A stretch of 63,704 nt of DNA, counting the filler, from Octopus bimaculoides (lineage: Eukaryota): NCBI RefSeq assembly GCF_001194135.2. It is 6 parts of 6 records of this genome, joined end to end, with 100 filler letters (N's around TTAATTAATTAA, not from the genome) between each part and the next. Parts side by side here need not be neighbours in the genome. Positions count along the whole stretch, not along the records: positions 1 to 16,237 come from NC_069002.1; positions 16,338 to 27,181 come from NC_069001.1; positions 27,282 to 45,046 come from NC_068984.1; 3 more parts are not named here. The stretch is one strand, 5' to 3'. The first letter of the stretch is position 1; every line of letters begins with the position of its first letter. The translations under genes and the position numbers were made by a program. Positions 13,913-28,642 of this stretch are shown here, one piece after another. The notes under the pieces are model-generated. The model saw nothing but the letters and a program-made list of their open reading frames with translations, ran no database searches and was not told where the DNA came from.

Positions 13913-14132
13913 TAGGGTGGCGAGCTGGCAGAAACGTTGAACACGCTGCGTAAAAAGGCTTAGCATTTTTCCGCCCGTCTTTACGTTCTGAGTTCAAATT
14001 CCGCCGAGATCGACATTGCCTTTCATCGTTTCGGGGTGGATAAATTAAGTACCAGTAGTCTAATCGTCTAGACCACCCCCATCCCCCCCCCACACACAAA
14101 ATGTTCAGGCTTTGCGCCTAGAGTAGAAACGA
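13913..14132 (+). mobile_element. SINE family A (chain member 1)
   Basis: Full head, core and tail ...CCTAGAGTAGAAACGATTATT. Confidence 0.9.
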
Positions 14133-14137
14133 TTATT

Positions 14138-14336
14138 AAGCCGTCGAGATGGCAGAAACGTTAGCACGTCGGGCAAAAATGTTTAGCATTATTCCGGCCG
14201 TCTTGACAATTTGAGTTCAAATTCCGCCTTGGTTCACCATACCTTTCATCTTTTTAGGGACTGAAATAATAAATACCAGTTGCGTACTGGGTCGATGCCC
14301 CAAATCTCAGGCCTTGTACCTATAGTAGAAAGGATT
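14138..14336 (+). mobile_element. SINE family A (chain member 2)
   Basis: Starts immediately after the ATTATT tail of the previous copy. Confidence 0.9.
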
Positions 14337-14353
14337 GTGATTAGTATTAGTAC

Positions 14354-14430
14354 TAAGGCGGTGTGGTGGCAGAGTCGTTAGCACGGTGGACGAAATACTC
14401 ATCAGTATTTCGCCCGTCGCTACCTTCTGA
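14354..14430 (+). mobile_element. SINE family A, 5' fragment (chain member 3)
   Basis: TAAGGCGGTGTGGTGGCAGAGTCGTTAGCACG head. Confidence 0.75.
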
Positions 14431-14520
14431 TATCGGTATTGTCAAGTTTCCCCCCTCCACCTTGAAATATTGCTGGAATTGATCCAAGATGGGAAGGAAT
14501 TATCCTTATTATTATTGTTT

Positions 14521-14735
14521 AAGGCGGTGAGCTGGCAGAATCGTTAGCAGGCAAAATGCTTAGCGGTATTTCGTCTGCTGCAATGTTCTGAGATCAAATT
14601 CCGCCGACGTCGACTATGCCTTTCCATCGTTTCGGGGTCGGTAAATTAAGTACCAGTTAAGTACTGGGGTCGATTTGATCGACTCCCCACCCCAAGAAAA
14701 CCCAGGCGTTGGGCCTATAGTAGAAAGGATTATTA
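14521..14735 (+). mobile_element. SINE family A (chain member 4)
   Basis: Full copy, ATTATTATT on both sides. Confidence 0.9.
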
Positions 14736-14933
14736 TTGTTGTTTTACGTTTCACTCTTATAGCTCTCGATTCCACTTGCTCCCACAAGTTCTGTAAGAGT
14801 GTATAAAACCTAATGATCCTGTGTAGAGCCAATTAATAGCTCAGTGCACCGTTTCCGATCACATATCCTTAGCTACTTCTTTTCTCTCCTCTCCTATTAT
14901 TATGATGATGATGATGATCATCCTCATCATTAT

Positions 14934-15150
14934 TAATGCAGCGACTTGACAGAAGAGTTAACACGTCGGACAATATGGTTGACGGCATTTCTCTTGCTTT
15001 AAAGTTCTGAGTTCAAATTCCACCGAGGTCGACATTGCAATTCGTCCTTTAGCATTTGATAACATAACTACCATTTGAGCACTGGAATCGAAGTAATCGA
15101 CTTAAACCCTCAACAAGAAATTGCTGGCCTTGTGCAAAAATTTGAAACTA
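14934..15150 (+). mobile_element. SINE family A (chain member 5, AAATTTGAAA tail)
   Basis: GAGTTCAAATTCCACCGAGGTCGAC core; tail TGTGCAAAAATTTGAAACTATGATT. Confidence 0.85.
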
Positions 15151-15537
15151 TGATTACTATAACAGTGCTTTGAATCGATAAGAAGGGAGCACACGGTTGT
15201 TTTATGCCCAGGTTCTTATAAAACACATAAATTCCAGCCCCCAGAAGAATTAAAAGTCTTGCGAAAAACGGTGATGTTTGAACATGAAGTCTAGAAAGAC
15301 AAATCTAAATGGAACTAATATATTTATTGGAATACAGACACTCCCTGATTTCTTCTGCTAACTCACTCCACAAATCGATCACTTTAATAAAATATCATCA
15401 CTTTAACAAACATTATCTTATAGCCATCACTTACCAATATCGATTGAATAGAGAAAAATATAGATGTAAATTTGTTTCCTATTTATTTTATAGCATATTA
15501 TTATCATTATTATTAGTATTGTTTTTGCTGTTGTTGC

Positions 15538-15539
<2 letters not shown>

Positions 15540-15606
<67 letters not shown>

Positions 15607-15650
15607 ATTATTATTATTATTATTATTATAATAATAATAATTATTATTAT
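15540..15650. repeat. (ATT)n microsatellite
   Basis: Visible. Confidence 0.95.
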
Positions 15651-16204
15651 TACTTTATCATATTTTGGCTTTTATTCATTTTGATTTTAGTGATATTTTT
15701 AGTGTTTAACTTTGAACTGAATAATTTTTGGCAGCCGAAGAAATGGCAGCATCTCTCTTAATTTTTGTCTGTTTATTATTTCAACCACTTAGTATCAAAT
15801 AGAGAAATCGTCAGTTGTAATTAAAGAGCCTTAGCTATCGGGAACGAATACTTTGATCGAGGCATTAGCCAAGTTGGCACTAGGCCAATATAATACAACC
15901 ACAGTACATCAGTATAACTTGTCACTTGTTTGTTTTAGAAGCGATAGCTCTGTTATCTGTTCAGATGGGAGTTATATAGACAGAGCAATGCTACTCTGGT
16001 GTTAAACATCATTGAAGTGAGGATTGCTGACATCTTTAATTTGCAAACTATATTGTCCATCGACATACGATCATTACACTCCATATTTTTTATTTTTGTT
16101 TTCCTTTTACCTTCTCTTCAATTATCCGTTACTTTAAAGTATTCTGCGTTTTATCTCATATCGGAACATAAATACACACATACTCACAAATTAATGCATA
16201 TATG

Positions 16205-16237
<33 letters not shown>

Positions 16238-16642
16238 NNNNNNNNNNNNNNNNNNNNNNNNNNNNNNNNNNNNNNNNNNNNTTAATTAATTAANNNNNNN
16301 NNNNNNNNNNNNNNNNNNNNNNNNNNNNNNNNNNNNNTATATATATATATATATATTGGTGGTTGGTGGGGACTACAGAATCCTGGAAACCGGCGTAACG
16401 AGCATATGGCACGTAAAGGTACCCTTCTGACATACACACACACTCACACATACACACGTGTGTACACCACGAAACACAGACACGGATTCACACACAGGCA
16501 CGTACATACACACACGTACACCCGTACAGAGACCCAAGCACAAACAATATTACTCTCTATCTCTCTCCTTTCTCTCTATTTAACTATCTCTATCTCTACG
16601 TCTTTCTCGCTCTCGCTCTCTCTCTTACACACACACACACAC

Positions 16643-16677
<35 letters not shown>

Positions 16678-17017
16678 NNNNNNNNNNNNNNNNNNNNNNN
16701 NNNNNNNNNNNNNNNNNNNNNNNNNNNNNNNNNNNNNNNNNNNNNNNNNNNNNNNNNNNNNNNNNNNNNNNNNNNNNNNNNNNNNNNNNNNNNNNNNNNN
16801 NNNNNNNNNNNNNNNNNNNNNNNNNNNNNNNNNNNNNNNNNNNNNNNNNNNNNNNNNNNNNNNNNNNNNNNNNNNNNNNNNNNNNNNNNNNNNNNNNNNN
16901 NNNNNNNNNNNNNNNNNNNNNNNNNNNNNNNNNNNNNNNNNNNNNNNNNNNNNNNNNNNNNNNNNNNNNNNNNNNNNNNNNNNNNNNNNNNNNNNNNNNN
17001 NNNNNNNNNNNNNNNNN

Positions 17018-17059
<42 letters not shown>

Positions 17060-17539
17060 CCACTATTATTAAGGATTCATAACATCGGATAAACTGATTT
17101 GTGCAAATAAATTAGTCTTTGTAGCTATTTTGTTCAATAAATTACTAATGCGTTAAGTAATGTTTATTTTGATGTTGTAATGTATAATAGAAAATCTCTG
17201 AGATTTCAGCCGACTCTGCGGCTGTAATTTAAACTGAATTAAATGCCAGACAGTTGTAAATAATTGTTTTTTATACACTCTTTTTCTGTGGACAGAAATA
17301 GATACATCACTCCCAAAGGATTGAATCCGATTTAGACATGTTGTATGCCACGTAATTGTGCCTACGTCTTCATCAGTAGTTAAGAGTATTCCTTTAAGGG
17401 AAATGTGCCAGACAGAGCTCACTTAATTCGCATATTATTAAAATATTTGAGTGGATGATGAGATCAAAAGGAACAGCATTCTCTTCCTTTCCCACTGTGC
17501 ATAGTTTTCAATGTAATAAAACCTGCTTAAAAACAGCTT

Positions 17540-17790
17540 CTACACCACATTCTCAACATTTAAAATGTGTGGAGAAGAGTTCGATCTTATCTGTCCATAA
17601 ACCACTTTTCTCTTTCACTCTCCCCCTTTAGTTTTTCTTTTATATATGTTTTTTTTCTGACGAAGGACTAGCGTCTGAAACGTCAAGACTCTTTCTTTTC
17701 CTTTTAAGCGTTAAACTAATACGACAGGTGTTAAAACGTGTCCTTCTTGTGCTGTCTGCTTTCTTATGTTGATTGCTATTATCATATACA
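17540..17790 (+). mobile_element. Solo pseudo-LTR-like fragment carrying a minimal hammerhead
   Basis: T/C-rich ORF-less segment around a hammerhead core, ending at a TA/CA tract; assignment to PLE is inference. Confidence 0.4.
17653..17688 (+). ncRNA. Minimal type I hammerhead ribozyme motif
   Basis: TTTT-CTGACGA-A-GGAC-TAGC-GTCT-GAAA-CGT-C-AAGA: intact core, palindromic ACGT stem III, GUC triplet, weak stem I. Confidence 0.6.
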
Positions 17791-18129
17791 TACATATACA
17801 TGTGTGTGCGTGGGGGGGGGGGGGATAAATATTCTCTGTCATCCACTCTTCGGTTACGTGACCTTTGAATATGAGTTTCGTTGAAACATGCATGGCCTGT
17901 TGCGTACTTCATCCAGCCAGGGCCTAAAAACTATCGCCATCACATCACCTTATCCAGCATTATCAATTCTAAGACGCTGGAATGACGTGAGGTAGCATAT
18001 GATAACAATGACTGCATGTCTTTACATTTCTTGTCTTAGCTTTTTTTTTTACCCCGGAGTATCCATTGCACACTGTAGAAACTCTAGGTGTACATTTATC
18101 CAAAGAAATTTTATTTCTGCTACAATGTG

Positions 18130-18575
18130 AGGACTATGTCTACCGGTGTTAATGTGCAGAAATGAGGTATGATCTATAACATCAGAAATGAGAAGGTGCT
18201 GGGGTAGCTGTGAAATGTGGTTCTTAAGGAGAATATTAAGGACAGCATGGACAGACAAAATGTCTAATGGAGAAATGGTGACCTGGCCTGCGATAAATAG
18301 GAAACTGTTTCTTGAGATAAGGGTCAAGCAATTGAGTTTTCTTGGTCATATGATGAGAAAAGAGGGCCTTTAGATTTTAGTGGTGACCAAAAGGACTGAA
18401 AAAAAAGAGAAGCAAAGGGATGGGAAGTATGATATGGATGTCAAGTTTGACGAAATGGTTGGAAGAAAGAATCATTAAACATCAAGAAGTGGAACTGTTA
18501 CAGAAAACAAAGAAGAGAGAATTGTAACAGGACATGATTGTTTATACCCTATATTCTGGACTTGGTACCTAAAGA
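18130..18575 (+). mobile_element. RTE-clade LINE, 3' fragment
   Basis: CEMWFLRRILRTAWTDKMSN...KQLSFLGHMMRKEGL*ILVVT...WMSSLTKW...GLGT* is typical of RTE ORF C-termini. Confidence 0.9.
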
Positions 18576-19163
18576 AAGACAGATAATATGAGGGCTGAAG
18601 GGAATTTGGCTGTTATTGTAACACTCCGAACGACCACATATAAACTGCCGTCTTGTTACGTATTGTCAATAAGTTTTCTTAATGTTTTAATATCTTTTTG
18701 ATGTTAAGGTGTTGAATGAAATCTTCAAGTATTTTTGTCTGTGTAGTATGACTATATTGCTGGTTGACTGCATTTCATGTTCTTGCTAGTGTTGCTAGTA
18801 TATTGTTGATGTTACTCCTGTAGATGTTGTTGATATTGTTGTTGTTGTTGTTGCTGCTGCTGCAGGTGTTGTTCATAATATTGTGGCTGTGGTTATTGTA
18901 GTTGTTGTTGTTGTTGTTGTTGTTGTTAGCTTCTTATAAGATTAGGTTGTCATAAACAAACATTAACATATGTACGTTGTAGAATATAAACATTTAGTGA
19001 AGCATCTCTTACTGCTCCAGAAGACCTGATAACATGGCGTATGTGCAAGGGTCTATGTGAGAATGCGTGTATTTCTCTGTGTGTGCGTGTGCGCACGCGC
19101 CTACGTGTGCGTCTATGTGTGTGTGTGTGTGTGTGAGTCTATTAACACATATATACAATATAT

Positions 19164-19201
<38 letters not shown>

Positions 19202-19540
19202 NNNNNNNNNNNNNNNNNNNNNNNNNNNNNNNNNNNNNNNNNNNNNNNNNNNNNNNNNCATATATATATATCTATCTGTACATACGTATATATATATTTA
19301 TCTGTACATAGACACATGCTAACGCTAAAAGCTGTACACGTCCTTGGTCGAGTATATTAATATCTAAAATAAATATAATCATATAAATTCACTATATTTC
19401 TGATAAATTGCTTAAAAAAGACGCTGACAGTTTTCGATTCGTCTCTCAATGATGATTCCTTGGTTAAATTGTCGCATCCAAGCAATGCAGAAAATGGTTC
19501 AAGTTGATCTTCGTAACATAATGCAATAATAATAATAATA

Positions 19541-19748
19541 CTTTCTACTATAAGTACAAGGCCTAAAATTTGGTGGAAGGGGACTAGTCGATCGCATCGA
19601 CCCCAGTTTTTCATTGGTACTTACTTCGCCGACCCCGAAAGAAGAAAGGCAAAGTCGACCTCCGCGGGATTTGAACTCAGAACGTAAAGAGGGACGAAAT
19701 ACCGCTAAGCATTTTTCCCGGTGTGCTAACAATTCTGCCAGCTCGCCG
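19541..19748 (-). mobile_element. SINE family A embedded in (AAT)n
   Basis: Full reverse copy; (AAT)n at 19525-19540 and 19749-19767. Confidence 0.9.
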
Positions 19749-20104
19749 AATAATAATAATAATAACAACAAATGCCCTGATGCAGTACCAGGCACTGACT
19801 TTCATGACTTCTCATATCAACTGATTGAAAGTGTTATCATGTTTTGTTTTGGTATAAAAGACGTGCTGCAGCAAATATTCTGCTCAATACCACAGATTTG
19901 CTTGTCAGTTGTTTGACCTTAATCAGTTGAGCACTTCTCTTCGTGGCTGACGATATGTGCATCTCTGTTCACGAGCAGAAGTAGTTGGGGAGCATCTTGA
20001 TAATAATGATGGTGATGATGGGGGTCACATATGGGAGCATACGCCGTTTCAGCGATCACTGCATCCACCATTTGTCGGTATCTTTTGGTCTTTGAGTCAG
20101 TTTA

Positions 20105-20177
<73 letters not shown>

Positions 20178-20193
20178 CAGATAGGTAGATAGG

Positions 20194-20256
<63 letters not shown>
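20105..20256. repeat. (GATA)n microsatellite
   Basis: Visible. Confidence 0.95.
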
Positions 20257-21183
20257 TACTTCCTCGTACCAACTCACAAGTCCACCCACCCACTCCAAAT
20301 TCTACACACTTATGTCATAAGCTTGTAGCTTGTGCTCTTTTGTTAGTATTGTTACATTACTTTTCAATATGCTCTCCTTGATCGGATGTCAGTGGTCAAG
20401 AGGTTATTTGTGGACACGTCGACATGATAGAGAATGAAGGAACGAAGAGAATATGTAAGAATGTATAGATAACCTTTTTGACATGTTTCATTACAGGCAC
20501 ACATACAACATACGTGCGCGCGTACACACCCGCACACTCACGTGCTAAAATTATATATACTTTAGAAAAAATCTCTTATTTTCTCCTCCTACATAGATTC
20601 ATTCCATTTCTGGTTTACACTAACATTCGGAAATGCAAGATTCCTTTTTGTTACCGATAAAAATACTACACGAATTAGTCCACTTTATTAGTCCCGTAAA
20701 AAATGCGTAGGCGTGTACCTAAGCCGCAGAATCGTTGGGAAGCCGGGAAAATTGCTGATACACGTTCAGTCACACGTTCAGACAAAATTTGCGCTTCGAT
20801 GTGTTAGAAGGAGTGAATAATGGTCTCCATGGTATTTTTAAATGCTTGACAAAGCAGGACCTTTCTATGGCGATAATAAACTGATGTTGTTTCAATTGCG
20901 CTCACAGTGATTACCTTTTCTTCTTCTTTTTTTTAGTCTCAGAATAGCCATGACCCAGCTGATCCATGCTGAAAAACATTCTTTAGATGTATTTTTGTTT
21001 TGTTTGTTGTTGTTGGGTTATTTGTGGGTGTCTTTGTTTCTTTCGTTGCTGTTGCATTTTAACTTCAGATCGGTCATCAGACCTATGATCCCTTTCCACC
21101 TTTCCAACCATGACAATCCCCCGTCTTTTTAGCCTCACTTACATCAACTACATCGTCTGATGTGTCGTTATTATAAGCAGAAA

Positions 21184-21400
21184 GGTGACGAGCTGGCAGA
21201 ACCGTTAGCACGCCGAGCAAAATGCTTAGCGGTATTTCGTCTGTCTTTACGTTCTGAGTTCAAATTCCGCCGAGGTCGACTTTGCCTTTCATCCTCTCGG
21301 GGTCGATGAAGTAAGTACCAGTTACGCACTGGGGTCGTTGTGATCGACTAGCCCTCTTCCCCCAAAAAATTTGCAAGGCCTTGTGTCTAGAATAGAAATG
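21184..21400 (+). mobile_element. SINE family A, young copy with perfect 14-bp TSD
   Basis: ATTATAAGCAGAAA at 21170-21183 and 21401-21414. Confidence 0.95.
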
Positions 21401-21479
21401 ATTATAAGCAGAAATGTGTGATTTGAGAAAGATTTGGCTGTTACCTCTAACAGATTGAGCTTCATTGTAGAGGTTACCA

Positions 21480-23420
<1,941 letters not shown>

Positions 23421-23578
23421 GTGCTGCTGTGGCATTCGTTTTTGATAGCAAACTGTGAGCTTTGGTCCAACATACGCAAGAAGAAGAAGAAGAAGAATGA
23501 AATGCCTTACACAATTTGGTGAAGGAAATAAATATGTATACATATATACATATATATGTATGCATTTATAAATCTATA

Positions 23579-23622
<44 letters not shown>

Positions 23623-23784
23623 GAGAGACACACACCCATCTGTGTATATATGTGAGTGTGGTGTGTATGTATGCATATATATACATATGTACGTATGTTT
23701 TATATATATATATATATATATACATACACATACACACACACACACACGTCACGTTGATATGGTTAAAATCCATATGGATGCATA

Positions 23785-23789
23785 GATAA

Positions 23790-23859
<70 letters not shown>

Positions 23860-23937
23860 CCGGAAAAGCTGCAAAGAGAAACAAAGCCAGCAAATGAAGA
23901 AAATGTAGAAAAATTTCATGAATGAACGACTGAATGA

Positions 23938-23980
<43 letters not shown>

Positions 23981-24000
23981 CAAGAGTGAAAGAAAGAAGT
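23785..24000. repeat. (GATA)n and (GAAA)n microsatellites
   Basis: Visible. Confidence 0.9.
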
Positions 24001-24139
24001 GAATCATGCCAAAATGGCCGCCACACAGAATGGTAACTGTATTATGTATGCAACGCTGTTATATGACAGAAATTGTAAGACCGACACATGCACACACACA
24101 TACACACACACACACACACACATACATACAAATACAGAC

Positions 24140-24586
24140 ACATACACACACACATGTTCATGTGAATAGCAAAATGTATGAAGACAAAAGCACAAGCACA
24201 GGCGTGCGCGCGCACACATGGCGCTTGCGCACACGTGTTGATATGAATAACAAAGCGTATGGTAAATATAGACACACACAAGTACAAACATACACACACA
24301 CACACACACAAAAACACACACACACATACACACACACACGGGCACAAACGCATACAAGCAAGTGAATAGGCTCATTCACACACGCGTCAGGGATTTGAAT
24401 AACAATATATAAAATACACGCAAAAACATAGATACACACACACACACACACACGTACGTACGGATGCACACATTCACGCACATTTTGACGTGAATATCAA
24501 ACAGTATGGAAGACATAGACTTACATTCACGTGCACACACATACCCGCGCATACATGCACACACAGACACACAGGCACACACACAG

Positions 24587-24632
<46 letters not shown>

Positions 24633-24760
24633 ACGTACGGGTGCACACATTCTCGCGCATTTTGACGTGAATATCAAACAGTATCGAAGATGTAGACACG
24701 CATTCACGTGCACACATACACGCAAACTGGCAAATTCACATATATACACACACGCGTAAA
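24140..24760 (+). repeat. Degenerate minisatellite, GTGAATA-CAAA-AGTATG-AAGA motif spaced by CA tracts
   Basis: Motif near 24160, 24243, 24394, 24490 and 24668; the last two lie in ~95-bp near-identical units about 178 bp apart. Confidence 0.75.
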
Positions 24761-24874
24761 GATGTAAATACGAAAGTGTGTGGCGAATACACACACGCAC
24801 TTTAAATACGGGTACACGCACACATCTACTGCTTCGAGATTCACTTACGCTATTATATATTTATATATATCTTT

Positions 24875-25070
24875 TTATTGGTTTCAGTCATTGGACTGCA
24901 GCCATGTTGTAGCACCGTCTTGAATGGTTTTTATTTGAATTAATCGACTAAGCTGTTTATTTTCCGTATTTTTTAAAGTCTTGTTCTTATTTTATCGGTG
25001 TCTTTTACCGAACTGCTAAGTTAAGGATACGTAAACACACCAATACCGGTTGCCAAGCGGTGGGGACAGG
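24875..25070 (-). mobile_element. SINE family B, 3' half
   Basis: GTTTCAGTCATTGGACTGCAGCCATG...CGAACTGCTAAGTTAAGGATACGTAAACACACC. Confidence 0.8.
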
Positions 25071-25682
25071 CACAAAGATGTACTCGCGCAGACACACACA
25101 CGCATACAAACACACACCCTCACGCACTCACACGCACTTCTACACTACGCACACATATACACACTTACACATAAACATACGCACATACACACACATGCAT
25201 AGCAACACACTCATATGCACATACACAGCCACATACAAGCAAATACACATACACACACACACACAAAGCCACGCTCATCCATATACACACACATGGACAG
25301 AAACACACTCACATATACACATACACACCTACATACATACAAACACACACACAAACGTACATACACACATACACACCTACACACCTACTCGCAATCACTT
25401 GTGCCCACACTCTACTCCTACACACATATACACACACATCCATACACATACACACATACTTATAAACACAAACACGCACATACACACACACACGTGTGTG
25501 TGGTTTTAAATAACAAAATCAGTGAAAAGGAAAAGATTTGTGGACTGTTTGCAAGCTGCCGTTTCTAAACCGTTCTGCTTCGAGATTACCTTTACGCTAT
25601 TTGGTCAAATATTATTGGTGTTTTTGTTAAACGATCGTCCTGCAAAATTGGCTGGTGACTAAATCCCTATTTTTGACCGATA

Positions 25683-25950
25683 TAGGCTCGAGTGTGACTG
25701 AGTGGTAAGAAGTTTGCTTCCCAACCACATGGTTCCGGGTTCAATCCCATTGCGTGATACCTTGGGCAATGGCCTTCTACCAAAACTCCGGGCCGACCAA
25801 GGATTATGAATGCATTTGGGAGACGGAAACTGAAAGAAGCTCATCGTATATATGTGTGAATGTTTATGGGGGGTCGGGGTTTTGTGTTTGCACTTGTCCT
25901 CCAGCACCGCTTGACAACCGGTGTTGAATTTTTTACATCCCCGTAACTAG
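25683..25950 (+). mobile_element. SINE family B, 5' two-thirds
   Basis: GTGACTGAGTGGTAAGAAG A box, GGTTCAATCCC B box, CCGCTTGACAACCGG. Confidence 0.85.
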
Positions 25951-25969
25951 AATGTTTTTTCCAATACGT

Positions 25970-26113
25970 ACCAATGCATATATCTAAAGCAAATTTTTTT
26001 CCAGGAGCCCTTAAAATACTATTGTAGATCCCTAATTTACTATTTTGTTGCGTGGACCCCAAATTTTTTATATGGACTCTCAGGACCATATGGACCCTGG
26101 TTGAGAACCACTG
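25970..26113 (-). mobile_element. hAT (Charlie-like) MITE, one end
   Basis: Terminal GGTTGAGAACCACTG at 26099-26113 = CAGTGGTTCTCAACC, a hAT-type TIR; partner TIR not found. Confidence 0.6.
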
Positions 26114-26980
26114 CTCCAGACAGTCGAGATGGTCACGATTGCATTGTCTTAAATCCTAAAACAAGAAGTCTTTTCGAATCAATGAAAGCATCCCTAAGTG
26201 GCCATTCAACTTGCAAGAAATACCAGCTAAATCTCTTTCACAATGCATTTTGCGTGTTAAACAAGAACCCATTTGAATTACATGAATTCCAGATGAAGGA
26301 TGAGATGGTCGCGGTTGGAGTCCCTTTGATCTTGTGTCTATTCAATCAAAGCTGGTCTGATGCTAAACAATAACGATAACCAATTTGGAACCGATTCATG
26401 CTTTCCAATGGACGAAATTATTTTCGAAATAATCATTGTGGAACATACAGATACATTTATATTCCGATACACACGCACATACACGCATACATGCACACAA
26501 ATACATATACACACAGACGTCCATGCCCACACACACACGCACATACAGTAGTACACATACATAAAATGCATACATATATACACACGCATGCACAAAGCAG
26601 AAACACACACACGCAGATAAACACATACAAACACGCCAACAAACAAACACACACATACATATTCCTGCACACACACTAATGCACACCACACAGAGACCAC
26701 ACACATACATACCCACACAAAATGCACACAGACACACACACACGCAAACACATACGAACACACAAACACGCAAACGTACATACTCATGTACACACACACA
26801 TCTATGATGCATACACAAATACACAGACACAGAACGTACACACAGACACACACACAAGCACACACACATATACACATAGAGAACGCACACGCACACACTA
26901 ATACACACACAGAACGCACACACCCACCCATTCACACACACATACACACATTCAAACTCCCACACACTAATGTACACACA

Positions 26981-27181
26981 CAGAACCGTTAGCACACCGG
27001 GCGAAATGCTTAGCGGTATTTCGTCTGCCCGCTACGTTCTGAGTTCAAATTCCGCCGAGGTCGACTTTGCCTTTCATCCTTTCGGGGTCGATTAAATAAG
27101 TACCAGTTACGCACTGGGGTCGATATAATCGATTTAATCCGTTTGTCTGTCCTTGTTTGTCCCCTCTGTGTGTAGCCCCTT
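26981..27181 (+). mobile_element. SINE family A, third 3' variant (...AATCCGTTTGTCTGTCCTTGTTTGTCCCCTCTG), cut by gap
   Basis: Near-consensus core. Confidence 0.9.
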
Positions 27182-27281
27182 NNNNNNNNNNNNNNNNNNN
27201 NNNNNNNNNNNNNNNNNNNNNNNNNTTAATTAATTAANNNNNNNNNNNNNNNNNNNNNNNNNNNNNNNNNNNNNNNNNNNN

Positions 27282-27320
<39 letters not shown>

Positions 27321-27510
27321 TAGATACACGCATTAACAGAAACACACACACACACGTGCTCTCTCCAATATCGGCCACTCATTATTAGATATTGGTATTT
27401 TAATCAACGACAAAATGTGCCTTCAGCATCGCTTTTCAATGATTAATTCGTAACGATGACAAAATTGCTTTTCGTTTTGCGTTTATTTAATTTTTAAATT
27501 ATTTTATTTA

Positions 27511-27548
<38 letters not shown>

Positions 27549-27728
27549 ATGTGTGTACGTGACTGTGTGGGTGAACTTATATGTTTGTGCATATTTATAA
27601 CTGTGTCTGTGTTTATGTAATTGCATGTGTGCGTTTGTGTCGATGTATGTGTATGCTGATGTGTGAGTGTTGGTGCTAAAACATCTTTGCGTAAACCCGT
27701 GATTTTTATGGTTGTTTATATGTGCTAA

Positions 27729-27764
<36 letters not shown>

Positions 27765-27889
27765 CAATTATGCTTATGTGTATTTGCGGTTATATATGGC
27801 TATGTGTGTATGTGTATGCTATTTCATATCACATTGCTCTCAACTCTAAAGGTTTAGTTAGTAATTAAATTAAGAGGGGTTGTCTCCCC

Positions 27890-28450
27890 CTACTCTCCCC
27901 CCATCTCGCACCCTTTCCTTTCTGTGTATTCTTTCATTCATATTTCCTTTCTTCCTCATTAACTTATCCTTTCCTTCTCTTTTTCTATCTCCTCCTCCTA
28001 CTCCATCTTCCTCTTTATCTTCATCCTCTATCTTTTTTTCTTAATCCTCCTCGTACTCCTCCCCTCCCTCTTTTTCGTCTTCTTCTCCTCCTCGTCCCTC
28101 TTCTTCTTCTTCTTCTTCTTCTTCTTCTTCTTCTTCTTCTTCTTCTTCTTCTTCTTCTTCTTCTTCTTTGTCTTCTTTTTCTTCTCTTCCTCTTCTTCTT
28201 TATCTTTTCTCTTTCTTGTGCTTCTTTTTCTTCTTGTTGATGTTCTTGTTCTTCTTCCTCTTTCTCTTTTCTTCACCATCTTTTCGTCCAACATTCTTCC
28301 TTTTCCTTCCATCCAATCCTTATTCTTTCCTTCTTTCCTCCATATCTTTTCTCTCTCTCTCTCTCTCACTAACTCTCTCCCTTTCTCTAACTCTTTCTCC
28401 TTTACATTCTTTCTTTCTTAATCTTCTTCCGGCTTTAATCTCATTCTCTC

Positions 28451-28499
<49 letters not shown>

Positions 28500-28642
28500 G
28501 TCTGTCTGTCTCTCTCAGTTTCTCATTCTCTCCCTTGTCTCACACTCACACTCACTCGCCCCTCTCTCTTTCTCTCCGTTCTCATCCACCCCTCTGTTCC
28601 TCTTCCTTTCTTTCTCTCCTTTTCCTTTCTCCCCCTCTTACT
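27890..28642. repeat. Long polypyrimidine tract, (CTT)n/(CT)n/(CTGT)n
   Basis: Visible. Confidence 0.9.
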
